This document shows positions 25,853-35,135 of a stretch of DNA of 64,000 bases, piece after piece. Under the pieces are notes generated by a model. The model was not told where the DNA came from. It searched no databases and saw only the letters and a list, made by a program, of their open reading frames with translations. How positions within the stretch are numbered: the first letter of the stretch is position 1; each line of letters begins with the position of its first letter. The stretch is taken from the IMG/VR virus record IMGVR_UViG_3300012204_000007, positions 1 through 64,000 of that record; one strand, given 5' to 3'. The DNA comes from a virus. The translations under genes were made by a program, and so were the position numbers.

Positions 25853-26965
25853 ATGGCACACGTAAGAGACCTAGGCTTCCATCAGGGAGACCTAATGGAT
25901 GCTATTGATGCCGGTGATGTACGTGTCCAATTCCATCCAGAATTTCCCAACTTGGCTATCTTCAACTACACCGAAGATGTACAATGGAGAAACAAGTGGA
26001 ACAAGGTCACCCTTGCATGCCGTGGATTGATTCTTGACCTTGATACCGGCGAAATCGTAGCGCGCCCTTGGAACAAGTTCTTTAACCTTGGCCAGCGCGA
26101 CAATGAGATTGAGTTTGATGCGCCGGTAGAAGTTACCGATAAGATGGACGGCAGTCTAGGTATTCTTTATCGCCAGTCTGACGGAAAGTTGGCTATCGCT
26201 ACGCGCGGTAGTTTCGCAAGCGACCAGGCTATCCACGCCACACGTCGTCTATATGACTACGATATGAACTACTTCGGTATAGATGATTACACTATTCTAT
26301 TTGAGATTATCTATCCAGATAACCGTATCGTCTGCAACTATGATGGCATGGACGAACTAGTTCTACTCGGAGCGGTACATAAGCAACATGGTCACTACTA
26401 TGGTCCAGATATTGCATTCAGCATTGGTTGGAACGGTCACAGAACGCTTAAGTTCTCATATGACACTTTCGGTGAGGCCATTGGTGCTATTGATAGGCCA
26501 GGTGCCGAGGGTATCGTAATCCGCTCCGGTAACAAAATGGTAAAGTTGAAGCAACAGGACTATGTAGAACTGCATAGGATTGTAACCAACTTGTCTCCAA
26601 AGACCATTTGGGAAATGCTAGGTGACGGTAAGACCATTGGTGATATCAACGCCGGTATTCCAGACGAGTTCCATAAGTATGTAGAAGATATCGGTAATAG
26701 TCTACTTAAGATGGCAAGTGAAATCAAGTATCAAACCTCTCTTGAGTTCAATAGAATTATGGTTTCGATGGGTCGTCGCTCTGCTGTCTGGGATAATAAT
26801 GACTATCCTGAGTTCTCACGCAAGAAGTTTGCTGAAAGGGCTAAGGGGTCAGAGCACACAAAGTATCTATTCCTACTACTTGACGGCAAGTCTATAGATG
26901 ATGTAGTATGGCAGTCTATCAAGCCGCGCGGCGACGTGAAGACTTTAGTGAAAGATGAGGGATGA
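25853..26965 (+). CDS. RNA ligase, T4 Rnl1-like
   Basis: CRGLI, KFFN, DKMDGSL, FEII, EGIVI, KLK. Confidence 0.9.
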   Translation: MAHVRDLGFHQGDLMDAIDAGDVRVQFHPEFPNLAIFNYTEDVQWRNKWNKVTLACRGLILDLDTGEIVARPWNKFFNLGQRDNEIEFDAPVEVTDKMDGSLGILYRQSDGKLAIATRGSFASDQAIHATRRLYDYDMNYFGIDDYTILFEIIYPDNRIVCNYDGMDELVLLGAVHKQHGHYYGPDIAFSIGWNGHRTLKFSYDTFGEAIGAIDRPGAEGIVIRSGNKMVKLKQQDYVELHRIVTNLSPKTIWEMLGDGKTIGDINAGIPDEFHKYVEDIGNSLLKMASEIKYQTSLEFNRIMVSMGRRSAVWDNNDYPEFSRKKFAERAKGSEHTKYLFLLLDGKSIDDVVWQSIKPRGDVKTLVKDEG

Positions 26966-27147
26966 AGGTCTATCAGCCGGTAGCATACATTCAGGGTAAT
27001 GGTATGCAATTTCCAGGGCACACCGAAGGTGGGCCTTTGTTCCTAACTAGATATCAGGCCAAGAAATGGGCTGACAATAACTGGTACACAGTCAATTACG
27101 TGAAGATTAAATCACGTACCGTATTTGAGAAAGCAAAGGATGCATAA
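26962..27147 (+). CDS. hypothetical protein
   Basis: ATGA overlap. Confidence 0.6.
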   Translation: MKVYQPVAYIQGNGMQFPGHTEGGPLFLTRYQAKKWADNNWYTVNYVKIKSRTVFEKAKDA

Positions 27148-27347
27148 TGTCTGTTATTCATAGTGCTCATAAGACAGAAATCTTCAAGTTCAAGGAAACT
27201 GGACTGCTTCCGCTTTTTTATGAGGTAATCAGATTCATTGATGAACAGCATGCCAATTATGGAGTTAATTGGACGCCGGTAGACATTCGTCAGGATGATA
27301 CCTCTTGGTATGTAGAAATGAGGGATGACGATGAACTACACCTATGA
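27147..27347 (+). CDS. hypothetical protein
   Basis: TAATG overlap. Confidence 0.6.
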   Translation: MSVIHSAHKTEIFKFKETGLLPLFYEVIRFIDEQHANYGVNWTPVDIRQDDTSWYVEMRDDDELHL

Positions 27348-27479
27348 AACAGTTATTAGTCAGGCCCGCACCACCTTTTCTGATACATTAAATACGATAG
27401 CCCGAGATGATTGGGAAGTAATTTCTTCGGGTCGTGATGCTCAAGGCTATTGGTGGGCTATTATCAGGAAAGTAGAACA

Positions 27480-28001
27480 ATGAACTTCGATGAACTAAGC
27501 ACTGACTTTGAGAGCCACCGCATTGAAGGATGGCTACATACCGGCGACCATATTAGTGTTCCGCTCATTAGCCAGATTACCGATAATCTCTATGTTGGTG
27601 GCTGCATTGGCGGTGTAGAACTGGGAGACTTCTTCACCTATGTATTCTCAATGTACAAGTGGGAAAAGTATTCTACCACACCGGGTACGATACATGTCGA
27701 GGTTGAGATGTATGACTCTGCTAATGTTGATGTCGATGCGGTAATGGACTATTCCTTGCAGGTAGCAAATGCTATTCAGACAGGCGGTAATGTTTTGGTA
27801 CACTGCCAGGCCGGTATCAATAGGAGTAACCTCATTGCTACCGCCGCGCTAGTGAGGCTAGGATACACTGTGAGTGACGCTATTGACCTATTACGAGAGA
27901 AGCGTAGCAGCCTAGTTTTGGCAAATCAGACGTTCGAGCGCTGGCTTAGGGATGAACTACAGGATTGGCTTGACGCCAACCCTGTCTCTATGGTAGAGTA
28001 G
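27480..28001 (+). CDS. dual-specificity (Cys-based) phosphatase
   Basis: VHCQAGINRS P-loop; ISQITDNLYVG. Confidence 0.9.
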   Translation: MNFDELSTDFESHRIEGWLHTGDHISVPLISQITDNLYVGGCIGGVELGDFFTYVFSMYKWEKYSTTPGTIHVEVEMYDSANVDVDAVMDYSLQVANAIQTGGNVLVHCQAGINRSNLIATAALVRLGYTVSDAIDLLREKRSSLVLANQTFERWLRDELQDWLDANPVSMVE

Positions 28002-28021
28002 CACTCACACCGATTAAAGGA

Positions 28022-28372
28022 GTGACAGTGCTTTATCATCCGGACGTATTCTTGCCCGAGTGGTTTACAATGCCTACAGAGCGTGTAGAGTTGAAATATA
28101 CAAAGCACGCTCTGTATGCATGTAACAATGACCGCTATGGTGCAATTCCCGTTTTCAAGAGTCTCCCGCTGAGTCAATTCAGATTAGTTGAGATGGAGGC
28201 CGCGCACCAAGAAGTAAATAAGATTGTTGTGCGAGGAAGACTGCGCGCCGGTATGGATTGTGTATTTGTGCTAATCCCTGGTGGCAAGTATCTAGTCAAG
28301 ACAGTATGGCTGAATAAGTCAGATGATACACATAAGACGCTTGACCGTTCTAGATATTGCGGCACGCCATGA
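28022..28372 (+). CDS. hypothetical protein, possible DUF4258/BECR-like fold
   Basis: YTKHA near N-terminus, LVKTVWLN near C-terminus. Confidence 0.55.
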   Translation: MTVLYHPDVFLPEWFTMPTERVELKYTKHALYACNNDRYGAIPVFKSLPLSQFRLVEMEAAHQEVNKIVVRGRLRAGMDCVFVLIPGGKYLVKTVWLNKSDDTHKTLDRSRYCGTP

Positions 28373-28548
28373 TAACAGAACGCATAGCATATCTATTGTT
28401 TGAGCGTCAGGCTAAGACTTATGCCGATGATGATAATATAGTGGATACCGCGTTCATCTGGCAGACGGAAGATGGCGTCAGAGAGTTCTGGATAGAAGAG
28501 GCCACAGCCATCTTAGGATGGCTCGGAATTAAGGATAAAACATTATGA
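28369..28548 (+). CDS. hypothetical protein
   Basis: ATGA overlaps both sides. Confidence 0.6.
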   Translation: MITERIAYLLFERQAKTYADDDNIVDTAFIWQTEDGVREFWIEEATAILGWLGIKDKTL

Positions 28549-29114
28549 CTAAGTTAACCATTATGCGTGGCGTGTCAGGTTCTGGCAAGTCTACCTGGGC
28601 AGACTCCCAGTTCGGTGCCACCGTCGTATCTAGAGACCGTCTGCGCGTTGCACTGTTCGGTTCTGACGGCGTAGATTATTACCAATCTCCCAATCTGCGC
28701 GCTCGTGAGGACCTGATTACTGAGGTCGAGCACGCCGCTATTCGCACGGGGCTGGCTGCTGGCAACCACGTAATTTCTGATAATACCAACATCGAGCCGA
28801 AGTACATGAAATCAATTGTTAAAATTGCTCATGATGCTGACGCCGAGGTCGAAGTTCAGGTCGTTGATATCACACTTAACGAGGCTCTTACTCGTAATGC
28901 TGAGCGAGCCCTGGGTGGCGGTCGTAATGTACCTGACTCTACTATTAAAAAGCAATTTGAGCGATTCAGGCAAACTCGCAATTGGGTGCCGCCTTTGCGA
29001 CCCGCGCTTCCTAAACCGTACAACGGTACGCCCGGTAAGCCAAAGGCGTTTATGGTTGACCTTGACGGCACTCTGGCGCATCGGACTTGTCCGGTCCATC
29101 AATCTATGGTATAA
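28545..29114 (+). CDS. pseT: polynucleotide kinase, N-terminal part (kinase plus phosphatase motif I)
   Basis: GVSGSGKST P-loop, SRD, DNTN; DLDGT near the end. Confidence 0.88.
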   Translation: MTKLTIMRGVSGSGKSTWADSQFGATVVSRDRLRVALFGSDGVDYYQSPNLRAREDLITEVEHAAIRTGLAAGNHVISDNTNIEPKYMKSIVKIAHDADAEVEVQVVDITLNEALTRNAERALGGGRNVPDSTIKKQFERFRQTRNWVPPLRPALPKPYNGTPGKPKAFMVDLDGTLAHRTCPVHQSMV

Positions 29115-29121
29115 TGAATGT

Positions 29122-29646
29122 ATGGCTCACCAATTAGTAGGACAAACATTCGGTATGTTAACAGTTACGGAGAAAACAGACGAGCGCTCTCCGAGCAAGA
29201 AAGTCATCTGGATGGTGTCTTGTATCTGTGGCGGTTCCGCGAGAGTAACCACCGCCGACCTGTTGCGTAGTGATGGAAAGGCTAGGGTGTCCTGCGGGTG
29301 CATGAACTTTCGAAAAGGTCAAGAAAGTTCAAATTGGAAAAGCCCCAATGCCATCTCTGTGAAATATTGGAATGCCGTTCGAACCTCGGCTTCTCGGAGA
29401 AATTTTGATTTTAATATTACTATAGAATACGCATTTCAGCAATTCACTGGTTCGTGCTCTCTCACCGGCCTGCCCATTGAATTAAATTCAACAGCATCTA
29501 TTGATAGAATTAATTCCGCACTTGGATATGTCGAGGGTAATATTCAGTGGTTGCATAAAGATATCAATAGGCTAAAAAGCAATTGGCCCGAAGATAAATT
29601 CGTAGAACTATGCAGAAAGGTTGTGAAACATGCAGAAGGCCATTGA
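29122..29646 (+). mobile_element. HNH homing endonuclease inserted in PNK gene
   Basis: GQTFGMLTV, CICG, SCGC, SIDRI...GY..GN..W...IN; own promoter TTGTCC-N17-TATAAT. Confidence 0.85.
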
Positions 29647-30049
29647 ACCTGGATGTACGTGTCGCTCTCCGTTCGACTGGGCGCGGGTAGGCGAAGACGA
29701 TGTAGATGTCGTAATTGCCGAACTGGTTAATGTATTGGCATCTACCAATTTTGCATTAGACATGGGTCATTATAAGGTTATTGTCATGTCTGGTAGAGAT
29801 GCTGTCTGTCGGGATGAGACAATGGAATGGTTAGACAACGCTGGTATTCAATGGGATTATCTATTCATGCGTGCAGAAGGTGACAACCGTCCTGACAATA
29901 TCGTAAAGGCTGAACTATTTGATACTGATGTTCGTGACAACTTTGATATTCAGTTTGTCATTGATGACCGCTGGCAGGTTTGCAAGATGTGGCTACAGAT
30001 GGGTCTAAAGGTTCTCAATGTGTCTGGACTAGACCGTGGCGAGTTCTGA
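29630..30049 (+). CDS. pseT: polynucleotide kinase, C-terminal HAD 3'-phosphatase part
   Basis: RSPFDW, SGR, MRAEGDNRPD..VK, DDR; GAAAGG RBS. Confidence 0.85.
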   Translation: MQKAIEPGCTCRSPFDWARVGEDDVDVVIAELVNVLASTNFALDMGHYKVIVMSGRDAVCRDETMEWLDNAGIQWDYLFMRAEGDNRPDNIVKAELFDTDVRDNFDIQFVIDDRWQVCKMWLQMGLKVLNVSGLDRGEF

Positions 30050-30254
30050 TTGCCGTTCTAAATCGCCGGTATTGGTACAGGATATGCTTGGGCTATCCTG
30101 TACCAAGCCGAGAGGGCATAAAAGTAGATTTCATTCTAATCCTCAATCAAAGAAACGATGGACTGGCGGTATTAAAACGGTTCCATCTTGGGAAATTGTT
30201 GATGATGGATATATGAGCCAAGCCGATTGGGATACTTGGGGACGATTGCTATGA
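30036..30254 (+). CDS. small Cys/His protein
   Basis: C..C...GH...H motif. Confidence 0.55.
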   Translation: MASSDCRSKSPVLVQDMLGLSCTKPRGHKSRFHSNPQSKKRWTGGIKTVPSWEIVDDGYMSQADWDTWGRLL

Positions 30255-30502
30255 CCAATTCTAATATACAAATAACATTTACGAATGGTCAATTTATAAA
30301 GCCTGCTGTTACATCAAATGGTAATGGTCTCTTAGATTTCAATACTCACGCTAAACCATTACCGTGTTATGTCAGGAAGGGCGGACCTAAATCACGTATC
30401 TACTGTGAGGTATTCAAACATGTACCGCATGAGTTACACTGTGGTAGGTCTCGCACAGGTAGATGGTGGTCATGGGTTGACAAGCCGCTGCCGGTAGTGT
30501 AG
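30251..30502 (+). CDS. small Cys/His protein
   Basis: ATGA overlap; C..C...H...H motif. Confidence 0.55.
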   Translation: MTNSNIQITFTNGQFIKPAVTSNGNGLLDFNTHAKPLPCYVRKGGPKSRIYCEVFKHVPHELHCGRSRTGRWWSWVDKPLPVV

Positions 30503-30512
30503 AGTAGTTCTT

Positions 30513-30970
30513 GTTGGAGAGGAAAGCAGCCGTGAGGTTAAGAGCCTTGGCAATGAGACTCTTCAACAAAGTCTGAAAGCCACAAAGTGCCGTGGTTAGT
30601 AGGACAAAAGTATAGGGTTTGAGCCCCTAACATGTGATTAAAGGGTACGCACTTGTCACCGCTGTGCATGAGTTTGCTACTTAATGACAGGCCCGGTGGC
30701 CGGTATAGATAGGTGGAGAAATCTTAGACCGTTCGTTTCAGTGACTAGGTCTAGGTAGGATGAAAGTAGTCGGGTTGCTGACCGTCAGAATTACCGTCCG
30801 TTCAGAGAAGCCAGAGATTCTATACCGGCTCCGCTTAGTATAAGTAATATGTAGTCTCATACAACGGCAAGCCTGCTACATAGATTCGGTTAAAGGGCAA
30901 ACCACATACTGCACCGATGAGTCAGGTATGTTTAGACGAGATAGCCGAATCACTCACACTTGCTCATAAC
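30513..30970 (+). ncRNA. unidentified large structured RNA (about 460 nt)
   Basis: ORF-free, own promoter, several long helices. Confidence 0.65.
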
Positions 30971-30988
30971 TAGTAGATGGAGATAACA

Positions 30989-31201
30989 ATGGTTACCGAA
31001 GAAATTATTCAGGATTGCATTGAGAATCCCGTGCGGAGCGTAAACCACGACTTTACTCCTGAGCAGGTTGCTCAGTATGGCTCTATGTTCGCCAAGGGCC
31101 GCAGCCTCTATGACAATCTTCGTACTAAGTGCGAGATTGGTCACGATGAGGCTTTTCAGATTTCTGCCGAATGCTTTGGCATTCGCCCTCGTACTCGATA
31201 A
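30989..31201 (+). CDS. hypothetical protein
   Basis: GGAG RBS. Confidence 0.65.
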   Translation: MVTEEIIQDCIENPVRSVNHDFTPEQVAQYGSMFAKGRSLYDNLRTKCEIGHDEAFQISAECFGIRPRTR

Positions 31202-31222
31202 CAAAATTCGAAAGGAACCGTT

Positions 31223-33232
31223 TTGATTCCCAATGCTGTTGACACCGTAGATGTCACATCAAACATGACCGATGAGGCTGTTCCGTTCTCTGTTGATGAG
31301 AATGGTCTAGTCAAGTTGATGAGTGTGTTGACCAATCTCTATTCTGACCCAGAGGGCGCGGTGGTCCGCGAATACCTCACCAATGGTCTTGACTCTCAGA
31401 CCGAGGCATTGCGAACCGTCCCCGGTTTTGTATGGCGTCCTATCGAGGTTACCACGCCTTCTTACTTCAACACAGAGTATAAGGTCCGTGACTTTGGCCT
31501 TGGCATGAACGCAAACGATATTGCCAACACCTATTCACGATACCTTACTTCCACCAAGGAATCGAGTCAGTTTGAGACCGGTATGCTTGGTCTCGGTAGC
31601 AAGTGTGCTCTGACCTATACCAGTCAGTTCAATATTGTTGGCTGGAAGGATGGCGTTAAGACTAGCGCCATTATCTCTCAGGATAGTTCAGGCATTCCTG
31701 TGTTCCGTATTGTTGATACCCGCGCCACCGACGAGCCCAACGGCGTAGAGATTTCTATTCCCGTGCGAGAGCGCAACTCGTTTGCTGAGAAGACCGCACA
31801 CTTTCTTAAGTTCTGGAAGGATGGCCAGGTTCTTGTTAATGGAGAAGAGCCGGTAAAGCACGGATGGCAGGAGGTCAAGCCTGGTGTTTTCATTATTGAG
31901 CGGCCTAGCAACTCTTATCGTACGCAATTGCCTAAGTCATACATCGTAATGGGTAATGTTGCCTATCCGATTGATGATGAGTTCATCAATGTCGACCTGC
32001 GCAACTGCTACACAGGCTTCGCCGCCTATGTTGAAATGGGCGCGGTAGACTTTCCTCCTAGCCGCGAGCAGTTGTTCTATAATAACCGCACCAAGGCAGT
32101 TATTGAGAAGGTCAGCGCAGGTCTATTTGAACTTCTGCTAAAGACAAAGTTGGATGAAGTTACTAGTGCGCCAGACCATCGGAGCGCTTGGCATCGGTAT
32201 AATGCGTTATCTTACTACTTCAAGAACACAAAGGCTGCGAAGGAACTTACCTATAAAGGTGACGAGTTCGTAGACAACGTTCTGCATGATACGCGATATC
32301 TGCATTGGAATCTACAGGGCATTAGCAAGATATCAGCAGGCAGTTATATTGCCTTGTCTAATATCTTCGGTATAAAGAACGATGTTGTAAGAAATAATGT
32401 TATCTTTGTTACCGGCCTTGATGATGATGTTAACCCTCATGCTTCTTTTAAGAAGAAGATTAACTATTACATGACCGAGAATGGTATGTCAGCGGGACAT
32501 GCCTACCTCATGAATGATGATGTTGACTCTATCTGGTTGAAGCAGGTGCCTCGTGTAACCGCTGATACCATTAAGGCTATCAAGATTCCTAGGACGCCCT
32601 CTAGTGGTCCGCGTGATGTTCCTACCTATGATGTATATTCAATTGAGGCGGATGGAAATGTTAAGTACAATGCTCTTACCGCTGTGTCTGTACCGACTGG
32701 TAAAAAATTGGTTTATATCAGCCCGCAGGAAATCAAGGAATCCTATAGGATGAACGGTTGTACGCCAAACGAACTCGTGAAGACTCTAGGCAAGCATTAC
32801 ATTCTTGTTGTTCTGGCTAAGAACCGTTTTGATAAGTTTTTGCGTAACCACAAGGCCAGTACGGTGAGCGGTGCTTTACAGGATGTTCTAGACTCTTATA
32901 TCTCGAAAATCACAAAGGTTGAGTCTACGATGGCCGGTATGCAATATGAAGAGAAGCGATTCTTCAAGGCTATTCAGGCCGACTCACTTAAGGACCCTGA
33001 CCTGCGTAAGTTGGCTATAGCAGTTCAATCAAGCACAGGTAATAAGTCAAACTATGAGAAGGCGCATAGCGTTTATCAGTTTGGTAGGCGCATAGGACTT
33101 CATTTGAAAATGCCTGAGGCCAAGCCAATATTCAGGCTTTCAGATGCCTACCCTCTGATTAACGTCGGTAGTAGGGCTCCGAGGAACCACGTAGTGCTTT
33201 ACTGTAACGCAGTATACAGCGCTAAATCGTAA
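31223..33232 (+). CDS. rIIA: rIIA-like protein (GHKL ATPase N-terminus)
   Basis: LYSDPEGAVVREYLTNGLD, VRDFGLGM, STK, GLGSK. Confidence 0.88.
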   Translation: MIPNAVDTVDVTSNMTDEAVPFSVDENGLVKLMSVLTNLYSDPEGAVVREYLTNGLDSQTEALRTVPGFVWRPIEVTTPSYFNTEYKVRDFGLGMNANDIANTYSRYLTSTKESSQFETGMLGLGSKCALTYTSQFNIVGWKDGVKTSAIISQDSSGIPVFRIVDTRATDEPNGVEISIPVRERNSFAEKTAHFLKFWKDGQVLVNGEEPVKHGWQEVKPGVFIIERPSNSYRTQLPKSYIVMGNVAYPIDDEFINVDLRNCYTGFAAYVEMGAVDFPPSREQLFYNNRTKAVIEKVSAGLFELLLKTKLDEVTSAPDHRSAWHRYNALSYYFKNTKAAKELTYKGDEFVDNVLHDTRYLHWNLQGISKISAGSYIALSNIFGIKNDVVRNNVIFVTGLDDDVNPHASFKKKINYYMTENGMSAGHAYLMNDDVDSIWLKQVPRVTADTIKAIKIPRTPSSGPRDVPTYDVYSIEADGNVKYNALTAVSVPTGKKLVYISPQEIKESYRMNGCTPNELVKTLGKHYILVVLAKNRFDKFLRNHKASTVSGALQDVLDSYISKITKVESTMAGMQYEEKRFFKAIQADSLKDPDLRKLAIAVQSSTGNKSNYEKAHSVYQFGRRIGLHLKMPEAKPIFRLSDAYPLINVGSRAPRNHVVLYCNAVYSAKS

Positions 33233-33334
33233 ACATTGCCATGGTTGGGGTGCTTGCAATAGCACCCCAACCATGGTATACTTGAACATAATCGAAACAA
33301 TAACAGCCGCGAAGGTGGCATACGAGAGGTAATT

Positions 33335-34174
33335 ATGAGTTTAAAGTTTAATCTTGTGCGACACGATGATTCTGCAAACATCACGGTCGTTGTCGATGGA
33401 GAGATGTTTGTTGCAGACGACCAGCATCCACTCTTTGATGAAATTATTGAGTTGGCCGTTGGTGGCTATGAGGGTGTTGTAGAATTGTTTGATACCTCTC
33501 GCCGCGTTGCTGAGCGCTTTGAAGACCTGAGCGACCGCGTGCGAGTTGCTAATTCACGAGTCTACGTAGACCAGACCGAGGTCGAAGACGCTTATACCGC
33601 GCAGGTTGTGCGTTTCTTGGAGGAAGACCTAGACGACTGGCAGCCTATTGTCAACTTTCTGGAAAAGGTCTACTCTAACACCAACGAGGATATCCGAGAG
33701 AACCTTTCTCGTTGGCTAGATGCCGAGCGCTTCACCATTCTGCCAAATGGCAATATCCTTGGGTATCGTGGTCTAAACGCCAATTATACCAGCAAGCATG
33801 CTGGGCCGGGTATCGTAAATGGTGTTGCTGTCAATGGTAACCTCGACAACAGCGTTGGCAACACTGTTGAGATGGACGCGAGCGCGGTCGAGCACAACCC
33901 GAGCGTTGGTTGTTCTGTAGGGCTACACGTTGGAACCTATGAATATGCCAAGCGTTGGGCCGGTAACGGCGTGGTGGTTAACGTCGAGGTTGACCCCCGT
34001 CATGTGCGTAGCGTTCCCTACGAGTGCAATGGTGCTAAGATGCGTGTCAGCAAGTACGTCGTGCTCGACACCGTAGCGCAGAAGTTGGTTACCGCCGTCG
34101 ATTACTCTGATTACGATTATAATGAGTATGACGACGACGATGACGATGACAATTACTATGGCTACGACTACTGA
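33335..34174 (+). CDS. rIIB: rIIB-like protein
   Basis: follows rIIA; NFLEK, CSVGLHVG, SVPYEC...KMRV. Confidence 0.88.
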   Translation: MSLKFNLVRHDDSANITVVVDGEMFVADDQHPLFDEIIELAVGGYEGVVELFDTSRRVAERFEDLSDRVRVANSRVYVDQTEVEDAYTAQVVRFLEEDLDDWQPIVNFLEKVYSNTNEDIRENLSRWLDAERFTILPNGNILGYRGLNANYTSKHAGPGIVNGVAVNGNLDNSVGNTVEMDASAVEHNPSVGCSVGLHVGTYEYAKRWAGNGVVVNVEVDPRHVRSVPYECNGAKMRVSKYVVLDTVAQKLVTAVDYSDYDYNEYDDDDDDDNYYGYDY

Positions 34175-34192
34175 GTAGTCTATAACTAAGGA

Positions 34193-34225
34193 GGGCTAGG
34201 CGAACTTGATTCGCCTAGCCCTTTC
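34193..34225 (+). terminator. hairpin terminator overlapping next promoter
   Basis: GGGCTAGGCGAA-CTTGA-TTCGCCTAGCCC-TTT. Confidence 0.75.
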
Positions 34226-34240
34226 TGCTACAATAAGAGC

Positions 34241-34450
34241 ATGAAGGTCAAGATTAAGCACGACACCAGACAGTTCCTGAACCAAGCGTGGACTTGGAAC
34301 GGTAGAGCAAAGACAATTGTTACCGGCGAGCCTCTTATTCTGGCATGTCTACTGCACACGCGCGGCACCGGTAGAGAATCAGATGATTTTAAGACCGTAC
34401 AAGAACTAATGCAAGACATTAATCTAGAAGAGGATAACAATGAAGAGTAG
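34241..34450 (+). CDS. hypothetical protein
   Basis: leaderless behind TACAAT. Confidence 0.6.
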   Translation: MKVKIKHDTRQFLNQAWTWNGRAKTIVTGEPLILACLLHTRGTGRESDDFKTVQELMQDINLEEDNNEE

Positions 34451-34649
34451 TAGATTCATCACGGTGGCAGAACTGGACGATATCCAAGAGGCTATTAACA
34501 TAATAAAGTCTTTGCGTGGCTTGAAGAATATCGTAGCAAACCCATTGGCTAAGGGCCATTCGATTACAGTGTGGGACACTAGCGATGAAATCCTCGGGTA
34601 TATCTCATATACTGATTCTGGGTACGTATTCAACCTTGACGAAAGGTAA
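34440..34649 (+). CDS. hypothetical protein
   Basis: GAGG RBS. Confidence 0.6.
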   Translation: MKSSRFITVAELDDIQEAINIIKSLRGLKNIVANPLAKGHSITVWDTSDEILGYISYTDSGYVFNLDER

Positions 34650-34694
34650 GTGCAGATTCCAGAATCGTGAGTATTTGTATGCTATAATACTCAT

Positions 34695-35135
34695 ATGAAT
34701 ATCTGTAGAATTTGTAAAGAGGCTAAGTCCGAAGATAGATTTGAATTAATTAAGGCTTCTGGTAATAGACGGAAGGTTTGTCGTGAATGCATCGCAAATA
34801 GGCGTAAAGCCAAACAAGATAATGACCCAGAGTGGAAGTTGACTCGTGCATTCACATTATTAAAGTGGAAATATGGAATCAGTAGAGAACAATATGAACT
34901 CAGATTATCTGAGCAAGGCGGCAGTTGTGCCGTCTGCAATGATGTGGTAGACTACTTATTACATGTTGACCACGACCATGATTGTTGCGAAGGCAGAGTA
35001 ACTTGTGGATTATGCATCCGCGGTTTATTGTGTATTCAGTGTAATTCTGCGATGGGAATTATGAAAGACGACCCGGTACGTCTAAGAAAGGCTGCCGATT
35101 ATTTAGAGAGGTGGCGAAGACAATCCGTATCCTAG
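34695..35135 (+). CDS. endonuclease VII-like HNH endonuclease
   Basis: KYGI, CAVC, VDHDH, RGLLC..CN..G. Confidence 0.9.
   Translation: MNICRICKEAKSEDRFELIKASGNRRKVCRECIANRRKAKQDNDPEWKLTRAFTLLKWKYGISREQYELRLSEQGGSCAVCNDVVDYLLHVDHDHDCCEGRVTCGLCIRGLLCIQCNSAMGIMKDDPVRLRKAADYLERWRRQSVS

Noticed and set aside
29080-29660. Group I intron in the PNK gene
   Set aside because: The insert is almost entirely HNH ORF with no visible P7/catalytic core, and the downstream half has its own RBS and ATG
30519-30950. RNase P RNA, c-di-GMP-I riboswitch or hammerhead within the large RNA
   Set aside because: Only fragments match (GAGGAAAG, GGGCAAACC, CCGATGAG..GACGAGA); the remaining conserved cores are missing or altered
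34100-34174. GAC/GAT/TAC-rich repeat
   Set aside because: Low-complexity Asp/Tyr tail of rIIB, not a separate element
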